Notes under the pieces: model-generated | Seen by the model: only the letters and a program-made list of their open reading frames with translations | Told to the model about the DNA's origin: nothing | The model's database searches: none | Made by a program: the position numbers and the translations under genes | Source: Octopus vulgaris | Lineage: Eukaryota | Assembly (NCBI GenBank): GCA_951406725.2 | Contig: OX597817.1 | Location: 132,804,001 to 132,868,000, forward strand | Length of the DNA stretch: 64,000 bases | Direction: 5' to 3' | Shown: positions 27,893 through 41,647 of the stretch, one piece after another | How the letters are laid out: every line of letters begins with the position of its first letter | Numbering within the stretch: position 1 is the first letter of the stretch

Positions 27893-28308
27893 GGGTAAAA
27901 GGGGGTTGCGGGTTCGCGGTGGAGAGAGGTTTGTTGCTGGCGAAGCTGGTACAACATAATTCAATTGTACGTCGCTGGAAGATGATAGAATGGAGGAAAA
28001 ACATTTTAAGTCAAGCGCATATTCATTTACATATTCATTTATTTATTTATTTCTTCACTAAAAGTTGCTTTCCTTTGATTGTATTTTATGACCAGCGGTC
28101 AGTAGATTTTCTAGGATGGATTTATCATGAAGAAAGTTCGGGAACGAGGCGTGAAAAGTTAGAGTGTCTGCCAGTAATATGCAGTTTTTACTGACCACCA
28201 TCTTTGACGTCGGTTCATGCCACATACGGCAAATACGGCGAATTACTGTCCGTTTTACTTATGCACAGCATGACTTATAGCCATCATCTGCCGTTTTCTT
28301 AATGCTAT

Positions 28309-28344
<36 letters not shown>

Positions 28345-29441
28345 TGTGGCAGTGTGTGTGGCTGTGTGTATCAGAGCATGTGTGAATGTCTTGTTTGTAT
28401 TCGAAATATGCATGCAGGAATATAAACATTACACATATACATGTGTATGTATATATGTATGTATGTATGTGTATATATATATATATATGTGTGTGTGTGC
28501 ATGTGTTTATATCAAGAAACATACACACACATATATATGTATGTAAACGTATACATATGAGCATATACGCATCCATATATATATACATATTAACGTATAT
28601 ATGTACATATGTATGTCATTATGTATATATATATATATATGCGCGTGTGTGTTTGTGTGTGTGCGCGTGCGTTTGCATAAATATTTATATATGCATATAT
28701 AAATATATATATATATATGCATAGTCGCACATGTATGACCTTATCAATGCGAATACATACATACATATACAGATAGAGAAGGGAGTAGGAAAGAGACAGA
28801 GAGACAGAGAGCGAGGGAGAGAGGTAGACATATAGATACACATACTTAGGTAGTCACAGCCACATCCATACACACATACACACACAGCCACATATGTACA
28901 TACGCACACACTTACTGGTATGTACATCTGTGTATATATATATATATATACAAGCATATATGTACGCATACGCGCGTGTGTGTCTTAGGGTGTGTTTACC
29001 ACAAACATACATCATGTTTGCACCGAGAGCTAAGTAGGTAAATATGAATACAAGCCTACTTTTAACATTGTTTCGAAAGCAGCAGTGATCACGGCTGGCG
29101 AGGGCCGGTTGTGAATAAAATGCCTTCAGGCTCCCATAGATTCGACGCTGGCTCAAGCAAAACGCTGTCCGTGTTTACATATTCATCAATTACACGTAAA
29201 TGATACGAATACAGCAGCGCACATTAGTGGACATGCAGAAACACACACACACACCGATGTTCAAACATTCGGATACAAGCATATGCACCAGGACACACAG
29301 ACGCAGAGATCTGCTGTGCATATCGATAGAAGGATATATAAGCTGCATATGCATACATTAGTATATAAACACAAGCAAAGCGCACCTGCGCAAGTATATT
29401 TATGTGTGTGCGTGTGAGTGTGTGTGTGCATGTGTGTGTAA

Positions 29442-29518
<77 letters not shown>

Positions 29519-29524
29519 TGTATA

Positions 29525-29575
<51 letters not shown>

Positions 29576-29813
29576 CATATATTATTTGCACGTCAGAAAG
29601 AACGCATATACTTATTGATAGGAAATTTTATATGTATATACATGTATATAAAACAAGCATATAATACATCTGTGTGTGTGTGCGTGTGTACGTGCATGAT
29701 TGTGTCTGTATGTACGTATATATATATACATCATATATATATATATATGATGTATGTATGAATGCATGTATATGCACACGCATAAATGAGTATATATATA
29801 TATGTATGTATGA

Positions 29814-29862
<49 letters not shown>

Positions 29863-29938
29863 CATAGATTGATAGATAGATAAACAGATAGATACATACA
29901 TACACACTCGCATACACGAATAGATACATTCTATATAC

Positions 29939-30002
<64 letters not shown>

Positions 30003-30344
30003 TGATATATGTATAATATATATGTATATTTGTACATTTATGTTTATGTAAGTCTGTAGATGCGTATGCGTATATAGGTATGTGCACACTACCATCTAGA
30101 TATACGTATGTCTGCATGCAATGGAAATCGTATTTAAGTTCGTTGCTCTCTGCGCGTCCCTGTCTTTCTATTTAATTATTTTTCAGTTTTCATTTGTTCA
30201 GCTGTTCACGATTAACCAAGCAGAACATAACTGCAGAGATTGCAGTTATTTGCAAAACTCTCCGATGTTTATTCGTTTAATCAGCTATATATCTATCTGT
30301 CAATATACATACCGCACATGCATATATATATATATATATATATA

Positions 30345-30735
30345 GGCGCAGGAGTGGCTGTGTGGTAAGTAGCTTGCTAACGAACCACATGGTTCCGGGT
30401 TCAGTCCCACTGCGTGGCATCTTGGGCAAGTGTCTTCTGCTATTGCCCCGGACCGACCAATGCCTTGTGAGTGGATTTGGTAGACGGAAACTGTCGTATA
30501 TATGTATATATATATATATGTGTGTGTGTGTGTTTGTTTGTCTGTGTTTGTCCCCCTAGCATTGCTTGACAACCGATGCTGGTGTGTTTATGTCCCTGTT
30601 ACTTAGCGGTTTGGCTAAAGAGACCGATATAATAAGTACTGGGCTTACAAAAGAATAAGTCCCGGGGTCGAGTTGCTCGATTAAAGGCGGTGCTTCAGCA
30701 TAGCCGCAGTCAAATGACTGAAACAAGTAAAAGAG

Positions 30736-30737
<2 letters not shown>
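30345..30737 (+). mobile_element. SINE family A, full length
   Basis: GGCGCAGGAGTGGCTGTGTGGTAAG..GGTTCAGTCCC..CTTGGGCAAGTGTCTT..AAACAAGTAAAAGAG. Confidence 0.9.
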
Positions 30738-30795
<58 letters not shown>

Positions 30796-30947
30796 GTATG
30801 TGTGTATATATAGACACACACACATGCACACACGAGCGCGTGTCATTGCATCTGGTTCTTTAAAAAATTCCTCTGTACCTCATATCTTATACACATACAT
30901 GTCTGTATTTATCTATCCATCTATCTAATCTATGTATCTCTCTCTCT

Positions 30948-30978
<31 letters not shown>

Positions 30979-31145
30979 GGCGCAGAAGTGGGTGTGGTGA
31001 GTAGCTTGCTTACCAACTACATGGTTCCGGGTTCAGTTCCACTCCGTATCATCATGGGCACGTGTCTTCTATTATAGCTTCGGGCCGGCCAAAGCCTTGT
31101 GAGTGGATTTGGAAGGCGGAAACCGAAAGAAGCCCGTCGTATATA
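30979..31145 (+). mobile_element. SINE family A 5' half (3' half at 32281-32480)
   Basis: Head and core end at GAAGCCCGTCG(TA)n. Confidence 0.8.
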
Positions 31146-31621
31146 TGTATATATATATATATATATATGCTCAGTATATGAGAATTGCTACATAGATGAA
31201 TTTTAGCTTGCGTGCGAGACGGTTTGCGTGAATATATGTACACATGCTTTTATGTGTATATTTAGATTTATATTCATTCGTCCGTATATGTATGTATGGC
31301 GTTTACGCGCATCCTTTTGTGTATGTTGATATATATATGTAGATTTTAATATAAATATGTATTGCAGTATTTATAACAGGTTTAATTTCTATGCATTAAT
31401 TTGCACTGTCTTCATTAACGTCAATAGGTTTTTTCCTCGGATTTTATAATTTTTATATGCTTTTTATATATATATACATATATTTTTGACCTTTTTGTTT
31501 ATCGCTCGAAGATTGACCGTTTTTTCTAAAGGGCCAATCAAACAAGTCCATTTCTTTTTAAAGGTGTAGCGTTTGTAAGAGTATAGATTGAATTGATATA
31601 TCAGTTCCATTCTAGCAAAAA

Positions 31622-31659
31622 CTGTCTGATGAACGGCAACGAGAAACTCAGAGTAACAG
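31622..31659 (+). ncRNA. Minimal type I hammerhead ribozyme (family H1)
   Basis: ctgt-CTGATGA-acg gcaa cga-GAAAC-tcaga-GTA-acag; canonical core, one mismatch in helix II. Confidence 0.75.
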
Positions 31660-31692
31660 ATTTTGTTGAATTTTCTGCTGCTTAAAATAAAG

Positions 31693-31752
<60 letters not shown>

Positions 31753-31757
<5 letters not shown>

Positions 31758-32214
31758 AACGGCCATAATAGGCCATTCACCCACTAGAAATAACAGCCAA
31801 AGCTTCAACCGCAAAATAACATTAATTCCGCAAACCAGGAGAAAATTAAAAAAACATTTACCCTGTAATTTCTTATACGATGCACCGTTTCATCTATTGT
31901 TTAATGGTACACCAACCTGATTAAATTAAATCAAGCCAATCTTCCATAGGCCGATAGATTCGTCAGTAAGAAAACAGCCAGATCGGAACAGATATTATCA
32001 CGAGGCACTTAATTTTCTCCTGGTTTGCGGAATTAATGTTATTTTGCGGTTGAAGCTTTGGCTGTTATTTCTAGTGGGTGAATGGCCTATTATGGCCGTT
32101 CCTTGATTGTGATGTTGAACTTATAAATGGTCTATGACTATTTAATTTTTTCCCACTAGGCCGCTGGTGGCAAAAAAATTCTACAAAATTTTTTGCCACC
32201 CTATATTGATTAAT

Positions 32215-32215
<1 letters not shown>
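31753..32215. mobile_element. Inverted-repeat HHR element in (TA)n
   Basis: 31753-31849 is the reverse complement of 32009-32104; HHR in the spacer; small hairpin at 32166-32200. Confidence 0.85.
31870..31972 (-). ncRNA. Type I hammerhead ribozyme with long helix II insert
   Basis: Minus strand: ttctta-CTGACGA-atctat...atagat-GAAAC-ggtgcatc-GTA-taagaa; 6-bp helices I and II, near-palindromic helix III. Confidence 0.87.
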
Positions 32216-32273
<58 letters not shown>

Positions 32274-32280
32274 ATGTGTG

Positions 32281-32480
32281 TGTGTTTGTGTTTGTCCCCC
32301 CAACATCGCTTGACAACCGATGGTGTTATATTTACGTCCCCGTAACTTACCGGCTCAGCAAAAGAGACCGATAGAATAAGTACTAGGCTTACAACGAATA
32401 AGTCCTGGTGTCGATTTGCTCGTCTAAAGGTGGTGCTCCAGAATGGCCGCAGTCAAATGACTGAAACAAAAGAGTAAAAA
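32281..32480 (+). mobile_element. SINE family A 3' half
   Basis: GTTTGTCCCCCAACATCGCTTGACAACCGATG..GGCCGCAGTCAAATGACTGAAAC. Confidence 0.8.
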
Positions 32481-32591
32481 TAGAAATATATATATATATA
32501 TATATATATCACTATACACACACGCGCGCGCATTAAGTGCATTCTCTCTGCATGAAACCGTTGGTAGATTTGTTGACCCACACAAATAAAG

Positions 32592-32654
<63 letters not shown>

Positions 32655-32767
32655 CATTTTGGGGAGAAATCCCCGTCGATTAAATTCACCCTAATACGCA
32701 ACTGGTACTTAATTTGTTGACCCCGAAAGGATGAAAAGCAAAGTTGACGTCGGCGGAATATTTTATA

Positions 32768-32931
32768 TAGACGCAGTAGTGGCTGTGTGATAAGTAACTT
32801 GCTTCCCAAAACATGGTTCCGAGTTCATTCCCACTACGTAGCACCTTGGGTAAATGTCTCCTACTATAGCCTCGGGCCGACCAAAGCGTTGTGAGTTTAT
32901 TTGGTAGACGGAAACTGAAAGAAGCCCGTCG

Positions 32932-32935
<4 letters not shown>
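32768..32935 (+). mobile_element. SINE family A 5' half (a SINE B fragment lies at 32655-32760, minus strand)
   Basis: GACGCAGTAGTGGCTGTGTGATAAG..GAAGCCCGTCG(TA)n. Confidence 0.8.
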
Positions 32936-33000
<65 letters not shown>

Positions 33001-33029
33001 ACAATTGAGGGTAAAATTAATTAATTAAT

Positions 33030-33067
<38 letters not shown>

Positions 33068-33127
33068 AATTCAGGGTGAATACTTGATAAATGTAAGCAC
33101 CTGTATAGGTGATAGGATATATGTATC

Positions 33128-33602
33128 AAAAGAAAAACAAGACGCAAAGGATTTTATGGTACATATGTATCGGGCTTTATTGAACAACTTATTCTTATAT
33201 CAATGCATAATTGATATAACAGATAGATCAAAAGCCTTCTTCAGCCGCATACAGTCACCACACCAAAGACATGTATCACATTATAACATGTTTGAGAAAG
33301 AGTTTGAGAAACAACCGAGTTTCATTGGGAAAGTAATTCCTCATAGGCGTACATGGTATTGCGAGACTCCAAAACAAATCGTCCATACCGTTTCTTCACT
33401 CGATAAAGAAACTCGGTTTTTTCTCAAACTCTTTCTCAAACCTGTTATAATGTGATACATGTCTTTGGTGTGGTGATTGTATGCGGCTGAAGAAGGCTTT
33501 TGATCTATCTGTTATATCAATTATGCATTGATATAAGAATAAGTTGTTCAATAAAGCCCGAAACATATGTACCGCAAAATCCTTTGCGTCCTGTTTTTCT
33601 TT
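33128..33602. mobile_element. Palindromic HHR element
   Basis: Arms 33128-33323 and 33408-33602 are reverse complements; left HHR has GAAA changed to GAUA. Confidence 0.88.
33482..33576 (+). ncRNA. Type I hammerhead ribozyme with long helix II
   Basis: tgcgg-CTGAAGA-aggcttt...aaagccc-GAAAC-ATAT-GTA-ccgca. Confidence 0.82.
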
Positions 33603-33721
33603 CTATATATATATATATATATATATAAGTTCAGCAAATTTTAGATCCAAATGAATATGGTACTTAAGTTAGACGCACCAGAATTTTGAATGGTGTTATC
33701 CATATAAATCCATGGGGTGGT

Positions 33722-34050
33722 TATAATCAAAATAAGCAACAAAAATAACTTTGGTAATTTGGTACGATCGTTTCGGACTACATCATTTTATTAAATGTTG
33801 TAAGCATTACAACAGTTTTAAAATGCTGAGCACTCATCAGCCATTAATAGAGGTTTTCCGTTAATACATAATTTTCATATCAATACATAATTTTCATATG
33901 AAAATTATGTATTAACGGAAAACCTCTATTAATGGCTAATGAGTGCCCAGCATTTTAAAACTGTTGTAATGCTTACAACATTTAATAAAATGATGTAGTG
34001 CGAAACGATCGTACCAAATTACCAAAGTTATTCTTGTTGCTTATTTTGAT

Positions 34051-34053
<3 letters not shown>
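33722..34053. mobile_element. Palindromic HHR element
   Basis: Arms ~33722-33880 and ~33897-34053 are inverted, with a short duplication at the centre; right HHR core is CTAATGA (G5A). Confidence 0.85.
33760..33843 (-). ncRNA. Type I hammerhead ribozyme
   Basis: Minus strand: tgg-CTGATGA-gtgct...agtcc-GAAAC-GATC-GTA-cca; imperfect helix II. Confidence 0.68.
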
Positions 34054-34081
<28 letters not shown>

Positions 34082-34106
34082 TTGTGTATATGTGTATATG
34101 TATATG

Positions 34107-34153
<47 letters not shown>

Positions 34154-34288
34154 AGATACTGGTGTCATTGAAACCCAAAGGTGTCAGGTAATGCTGAATA
34201 AGTGCTTTAAACAAACATACCATAGCTAAGTTCCAGATTCGTTAATATTGCGAATAAAGGGTTCAACGTTTGTTCTATGTCAGCGTGT

Positions 34289-34426
34289 GTATATAAGAAC
34301 TTTTTACGTCATGTTAAACAAAACCAGGGCTGTGTAGATATTAGAGCATTTATAGATATCTATAAACGTTCTAATATCTACACAGCTTTGGGTTTTTTAT
34401 CTCATTACGCAAAAAATTCTTATATA
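34289..34426. repeat. Loopless imperfect palindrome (MITE-like or foldback)
   Basis: Centre TATAGAT|ATCTATA at 34357/34358; arms include GCTGTGTAGATATTAGA / TCTAATATCTACACAGC; TATA ends. Confidence 0.7.
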
Positions 34427-34662
34427 TGCATACATATATATATATATGTATATATATATGTATTTTTAATAATGGCGCTGCCCCAGCATGGCCACAGATT
34501 GTGAGCTGAAACTAGATGAAATAAAAAATAAATATATATATATATATACGTATGTATATATATATATATATGTATGTATATATACATATATGTATGTATG
34601 TATAGAAGTATATATATACACACACACACATACATGCTTACATGCATACTTAATAATAATAA

Positions 34663-34697
<35 letters not shown>

Positions 34698-34713
34698 AGA
34701 AGAAGAAGAATAT

Positions 34714-34800
<87 letters not shown>

Positions 34801-36266
34801 CGATGATGATGATGATGATGATGATGATGATAATAATAAATATGTGTTTAAGAAATAATTGTTTGGTTGAAGTATAGCGGGATCTTTAGTTTATCAAAAT
34901 AAAATAATTCTAGAACTGATGAAAAGCAGAAATTTAAGCGAGAATTTGTTGGATACATTAAATATAGAACGAGTTTGAAAGGTGGAAGAGGGAACGAAAT
35001 ATTCTTCTGAAGGAGCAGGGCCTGGAAGGAGGTCAAATAAGATATTGACGAGAGAAATATTGAAGCCAGATATCTGGAATCATGGAGAGGCTTGTTTGTG
35101 ATTTAAAACAACAGGCATGCGCTCTCGTGTTTCATATTTGTCGTGATTTCTTACTAGGGAGATCAATTTATGGTTGAAATTCCACTTAATAGATTTCCAT
35201 TAACAAAGATATTAAGACAAAGAATGTGGGGAAAGTGCTAAAATGGAGAAATGTTTGCACCGCGCTGACCTTTCCTGCTGTTTTGGAATGTTTATTGTTT
35301 CAACATGACACAAGAAGCCAATTTCAGCTGTGATCTACAGTTGCCAACGAGCAGTTAGTTATCACAAACGACAAGAACTATTCCGTCCTGTTTTTATATC
35401 GGTTCTTCGTATTGGTTCTTGGATATTATATCTCCGCTTAGCTATGAAGGACCTCTGACCTTTCCATTCTGCTCGTAACTCATTGAGATATAACAGTAGG
35501 CTCTCGTTTACGGAGCTGCTGGATCTACTCTCGCCACTGATGCTTCCCCAGGCAGATGGCGCGATCAATATCGAAGTTGATTACAATAAACATCGGCAGC
35601 GATCAGGCGGATGAATTCGAGGATTGCAAGAGCTTAATAAAAACGCTAATGTAGATTTAGACGTAGAAATGAACCGAGGAGAGAACCTTTATGTGGTTGT
35701 TCATCTTGCAAGAAATCATAGCCAAATTCCCATTAGACTGTACCCTCATTGTCTTAATTCTGAAAGGACAGATTATGTAATGTGACGCTAAATTTACCGG
35801 AAACATTGTGCATGGTCGGTGGAGTGGTCATTTGGAACTAAATAACAACTACAAGAACAACAGCAAATCAATAACACAGGCAACAGGAACGTCAACAGTT
35901 ACAGCAACAACAACAAAATCAACAATAGCAACAACAACAACAACAACAGCAACAACAACAAACAAACAAAACAGGAATTTATGAGACGATGTCGGTTTAT
36001 CTTGTGACTAATAAATTTTGCCTCAACGATGTAACTCTAAGCGTGTACAAGTGTGTCTCTAGGTAGATATTGATATGTATATGTGTGCGTGTGTGTGTGT
36101 GTAGATAGATATTGTAGGTTTGTGTATTTGTGTATATGTGTGTATATGTGTGTATATGTTTAACTATATATGTTCCTATATGTTACTGGAGTCAGTGCGT
36201 AGATATCTGCGAGTGAAACCAGTTGTTTCTCTTTATTATTCTCTATGTTCACTAAAAGTGTATATT

Positions 36267-36307
<41 letters not shown>

Positions 36308-36349
36308 GTGTGTATGTGTTTGTGTGTGCGTGTGCATGTGAATATATTA

Positions 36350-36514
36350 GGCGCAGGAGTGGCTGTGTGGTAAGCAGCTTATTTACCGACCACATGGTTC
36401 CGGGTTCAGTCCCACTGCATAGCACCTTGGGCAAGTGTCTTCTACTATAGCCTCGGGCCGACCAAAGCCTTGTGAGTGGATTTGGTAGATGGAAACTGAA
36501 AGAACCCCGTCCTA

Positions 36515-36586
<72 letters not shown>

Positions 36587-36858
36587 GTGTGTATGTATGT
36601 ATGTATGTATGTATGTATGTATGTATGTATGTATGTATGTTTGTATGTGTGTGTATCTGTTTGTGTGTCTGTGTTTGTTTCCCCCGGTGTGTTTACGTCC
36701 CCGTAACACTAGTGGTTCGGCAAAAGAGACCGATAGAATAAGTACTAGGTTTACAAAGAATAAGTCCTGGGGTCAATTTGCTCGACTAAAGGCGGTGCTT
36801 CAGCATGGCCACAGTCAAATGCCTGAAACAAGTAAAAGAGTAAAAGAGTAAAAGAGTA
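36350..36858 (+). mobile_element. SINE family A, full length with expanded internal microsatellite
   Basis: Head, core, (TA)n(TATG)n and tail (GTAAAAGA)3. Confidence 0.9.
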
Positions 36859-37207
36859 TACGATGGTTTCTCTACCGTCGTAAATGACGTCTGAGCGTTC
36901 AGCCGTTTTGCCGAACGATCTGAACAAATGATTTGTTTACAGTGACTAAATGTTCGTGCCACACATCAGCTCACTCCTCTCCATCAAATCGACGCTGTCT
37001 AAATAGGTGCCAGGGTGTGCCGCGCATCAGGTGTCGATGTGATTGTATAGCAACGTGAGACGCAGTGTTTTGTTCAAGAACACACAACACACCATCCGGT
37101 TTAGGGATGTGTTTGAGTTCACTCAACATATGAAACTATTAGTAACGCTTTAATACACGTATCGTGACCTTTAAATAATAATAATTATAATAATAATAAT
37201 AATAATA

Positions 37208-37253
<46 letters not shown>

Positions 37254-37270
37254 TAATAATAATGTATACA

Positions 37271-37309
<39 letters not shown>

Positions 37310-38999
37310 ATATACATATGTCTGTCTGTTTGTATGCATGTATGTATGCATGTATGTATGTATGTATGTATGTTTTTGTATGTTTGTATGTATATATGTA
37401 TGTATTCATTTACACGTGCATACTTACAAACTTTCATACATATGCCTGCACAATAATTTTGGACGTTTATTGCGAAAAGGTGAAAAAATTCGCTTCGGAT
37501 TTAAAACTGACCTGAGATGTTTTACTTCGCTGTGAACAAAGTAATAAAATAATTATTTTCTTTTCGTCTGGAAGCTCCTTTTTATTGTAAGTGTCTCCTT
37601 TTCTCACACGAGTATACACGAGCTTTTTGTGAGCGCATACATGTCATAACATAAGTCTGTCCCACTCGCAAACAGGAAAGCAGGTCATTGGTTGCTTAAT
37701 TCCTTGCTTTATTCAGCAACGTAGGACAGCTCAAACTATATCCTTGTGTATTTTCTGTTCTGTTTGTAGTTATTTGAAGCGATGCTATAAGAAAGGAACT
37801 CGCTCCTAACAAATACACACAGCTCCATCGTTGGAATGTAGGTAATAAAAACAAATTCACATTTTGAACTTGAGAAAAGAATTCAATATTTTTACTCTTC
37901 CGCTTACAAGACGTATATAGTTCTCCTCTTTCTCTTTTGATTTTTTCCGAGAGATATTCACACATGCAGTGAAACTGACCTCTATGGCAGTTCATACTTT
38001 TCTTGTTTTTGTTGGGGTTTTTTTTTTTTTTGGTTTCTTTTTTTGTCCCCTAAAATATCCGACCGGTAATATTTGCACTTTGTCGTAATTTTGATGAGAA
38101 AAATTCTATTAATGTTCTGTGTTGTTCTTTATATATGTATCCGAATTGAAGATTCTCTATGTTTATCCCAGAACAGTCTTTTGGTTTTCCGATGGTATTA
38201 CATATTGTATCAGTATACACTTATGTAACTACCTATGCACGTTTCTTTGAGATTTATTTCCCGTTTTTTCCTCATGGCAGAATTCAAACTCGCCGCTCAC
38301 AGCCAGGCTTCTTTTTTTTTTATTAAAGTCAAGAACAGATCTAGGAGTTTGTCTTTATCGTGACTGTTTCATGTATGTATAAATAATAAATGGCAAATTT
38401 TAGGTAAAAAGTGATGTGTGTGGAGAAAGCTTATCAAATGATGCCAAGTCATGAACGTGAAGTCACGATGATTGACTGCAAATAACGGTATTGATAACAC
38501 GAATATATGTCTGCATGTTGTGTGTATGTGAGAGCGTGTGAGTAAACTTACACTCATGGTTGTGCAAGTTGCAATAGAACATAAGAGTGTATGTGTCTGT
38601 TCATGCGTATTCCGTGTGTCGATGTGATTCTCAGCGTATGTCTACCCAGGGAATTCAAATGGAGAAATCGGAAAATATTTTGTGAATTTTCACTTTGTCG
38701 CTAATCGATAGTAATTCAAGAATACAAATATGTCTGATTCGTTCTCTTTTTTCAGAACTTCAGCATTTCTAGGCTTTTGTGCAATTCTGTTACTACGCAA
38801 CCCAATGCACCTACAATAATAGACGTAAACAATAATCTATAGTTCGAATGTAAGAGTTGTTAGGCTTCTCATCAGTTCTCCAGAGATGTTTTACTCTTCC
38901 CGAAATTATGAAGAAACATTCATGTCCACTGAGTAGCTGGCTCAACAACAGTGAATGACTTTTGCTCCATAAAGTGTGAATGTGCATACGTATATATAC

Positions 39000-39470
39000 A
39001 GGGTACGTATTTGAGGACATAACTTTTTTAGATCATTGCTGAATTTTTGCTAACACTGTATAAACTTTGTTTCAGAGAATAATAATGGCAGACCTTCAGC
39101 TTACTCAAGAAATGAAGAGGCATGCTGTTATTGTGGTTATAAAGACAGAGCATAGGGATTTAGAAATATCTTGAATTTTAAAAGTTGCTACAAAGTGTTT
39201 AAGGAGCTAGAAACTGAAAATGGAAATGTGTCACCAGTATCAAAGCCTAAAAAGCATTCTAAACACTCTGAAATCATCAGAATACGTAAATTTATCCAGC
39301 AAGTTCAACAGACCATTTATTACAATCCCAGAAAGTCCATGAGGTCAAGGCAAAATATCTCCATGTGTCAGAAGGAACAGTCAGAAACGTTGTCCACGAA
39401 GACATCAAATATAATAAGGAAAAGGCACTGTCAGAAAAAGCAAAAGAAAATCACTACTTCAGATCTAGAA
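39000..39470 (+). mobile_element. Tc1/mariner-superfamily transposase 5' remnant
   Basis: MKRHAVIVVIK..KVFKELETENGNVSPVSKPKKHS..IYYNPRKSMR resembles a transposase HTH region; frameshifted. Confidence 0.55.
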
Positions 39471-39485
39471 GTTTTATATAAGTTT

Positions 39486-39586
<101 letters not shown>

Positions 39587-39609
39587 GTGTGTGTGTGTCT
39601 GTGTGTGTG

Positions 39610-40199
39610 TATTTAAAGGGCTAAAAACCAGTATGTGGTCAGCCATATGCTAGAAGTAGATCACCTACGATCAAACTACTAAGAAAAGAATGTTCTCTAG
39701 ACAAAAATTCAGCGGACACCAGAACAATATGCGGGCAAGACATGAAACTTATATAAAAAAAAAACAAGAATTAATCGCAGACCGGCGATTTCGCCTATTA
39801 ACGAATAAATCACAAACGTAATCCTTCGTCCGTAGGACCGTCAGTACGATCGTTCCACAAGCAATATAGTTTGTAAAACTAACCACCAGTTTTCCGTATA
39901 AAAACAGACACGTGCTTAGTTCCACCGATCACATTGGGGTTAATTTCAAATGTCTGAGTTCTGGCGCGCTAAATTCCGGAAACAAAATCTGCAGTAAATA
40001 ATTTAATGCTGTTAATGCTGCCTATTAGAGAACATATTTATTTTAACATTTAAATAATGAGGGAGATAAATTCAATATTAATTTAATTAATATCAATTTA
40101 AAACCAGTAGCCTAGCATACAAAAATCTGAAAAATCAGAGAAAATTCTAATACATGTGTATATTTAAAGGGCTAAAAACCACTATGTGGTCAGCCATAT
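39610..40199 (-). mobile_element. HHR module with 39-bp terminal direct repeat (551-bp period)
   Basis: TATTTAAAGGGCTAAAAACCA(G/C)TATGTGGTCAGCCATAT at 39610-39648 and 40161-40199; homologous to 49635-50160. Confidence 0.7.
39774..39850 (-). ncRNA. Hammerhead ribozyme, degenerate (A9G)
   Basis: Minus strand: atcgta-CTGACGG-tccta...taggc-GAAAT-cgccg-GTC-tgcgat. Confidence 0.6.
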
Positions 40200-40255
40200 A
40201 TATATATATATATAGGTGAGAAAGTTGGTGTGTGAAAGCACGTGGTTGAATATAT

Positions 40256-40751
40256 AGAAAATAGTAAAAAGTGAAAAAACTACAGAAGGCTTGTTTTAAA
40301 AGGTTAAAAAATATGTATTTGAGTCATTATGTCAGAAGAATGTTATAAATTTTTTTCATAGAGTGACAGAGTTTTTGAAGAAATTACCGGTTTTTTTCAA
40401 AACATCGTTATGATTTCGTTAAGAAGTGTAAAGAAGAGTTCCAGGTAAGGGGAGGTAAAAAACCACGGGAGTTGCAGAAGATTTGGTATGCATAACGCTT
40501 GGAACTTCTCAAGGGTCTGCACATAACTATCTGTCATATCTCCCCTTACCTGGAACTCTTCTTTACACTTCTTAACGAAATCATAACGATGTTTTGAAAA
40601 ATTTGAAAAGTTAAACACGAAACCGGTAATTTCTTCAAAAACTATGTCACTGTATGCAAAAAATTTATAACATTCTTCTGACATAATGACTCAAATATAT
40701 AATTTTTAACCTTTTAAAACAAGCCTTCTGTAGCTTTTTCACTTTTTACTA

Positions 40752-40757
<6 letters not shown>
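40256..40757. mobile_element. Palindromic HHR element
   Basis: Arms 40256-40454 and 40540-40757 are inverted; the left arm lacks the ribozyme core segment. Confidence 0.87.
40592..40640 (+). ncRNA. Minimal hammerhead, U3-A8 variant
   Basis: ttttgaaaaat-TTGAAAA-gt taaac ac-GAAAC-CG-GTA-atttcttcaaaa. Confidence 0.62.
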
Positions 40758-40787
<30 letters not shown>

Positions 40788-40995
40788 ATATATATATATA
40801 TATATATATATATCACCTTGATCACCTTGACCGACCAGTCCGTCGGACATCCATTTGACACTGCTGGTCACAGCACGCTGTCCACTCCTCTCTGGATCGC
40901 GCCTTTCTCATCCACGTATATATATACATATACATATACATACATACATACATATATATATATAAGAGAAAAGATGATAAATATATATATATGTA

Positions 40996-41050
<55 letters not shown>

Positions 41051-41080
41051 ATGTGTGTGTGTGTGTGTGTTGTGTGTGTA

Positions 41081-41119
<39 letters not shown>

Positions 41120-41454
41120 TGTTGTTAATTTCGTTAAGATATTTATAAAAATATGCATGAGACTAACTGAAGGACAAATGGAAACAGTTTAGAATGTAAA
41201 ACGCGTTGTTGAAATCTTCGGCATAAAGTAAGAGGGAAAGCTTGATTGGTTTTCAAGAAGACCAAAATCCTTTGGACTATAAAAAAGCAGCTACTAATGG
41301 TGTCTTTGAGATTCATTGTGACACATTCACATTGTCGTATATGGGATTATGTGGCAGATTTAGTAAATCTTTCAAATATCGACTTCTTTTTCACACCTTA
41401 TTCATATTTTCTTTATTCTAACATTTTGTTGCATACACAATATGTGTAGGTATT

Positions 41455-41536
<82 letters not shown>

Positions 41537-41647
41537 TATACAGAGAGAGAGATACATACATACATGCATACATATATACATACATATACACACACGTTTA
41601 GAGCACAAACGAAATACCGCTAAGCATTTCGCCCGGCGTGCTGCTTT

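Noticed and set aside
35040-35660. Unique-looking repeat-free segments (also 37560-38000, 57000-58500, 61140-61800) as exons or enhancers
   Set aside because: No recognisable reading frame, splice pattern or motif support without cross-species comparison.
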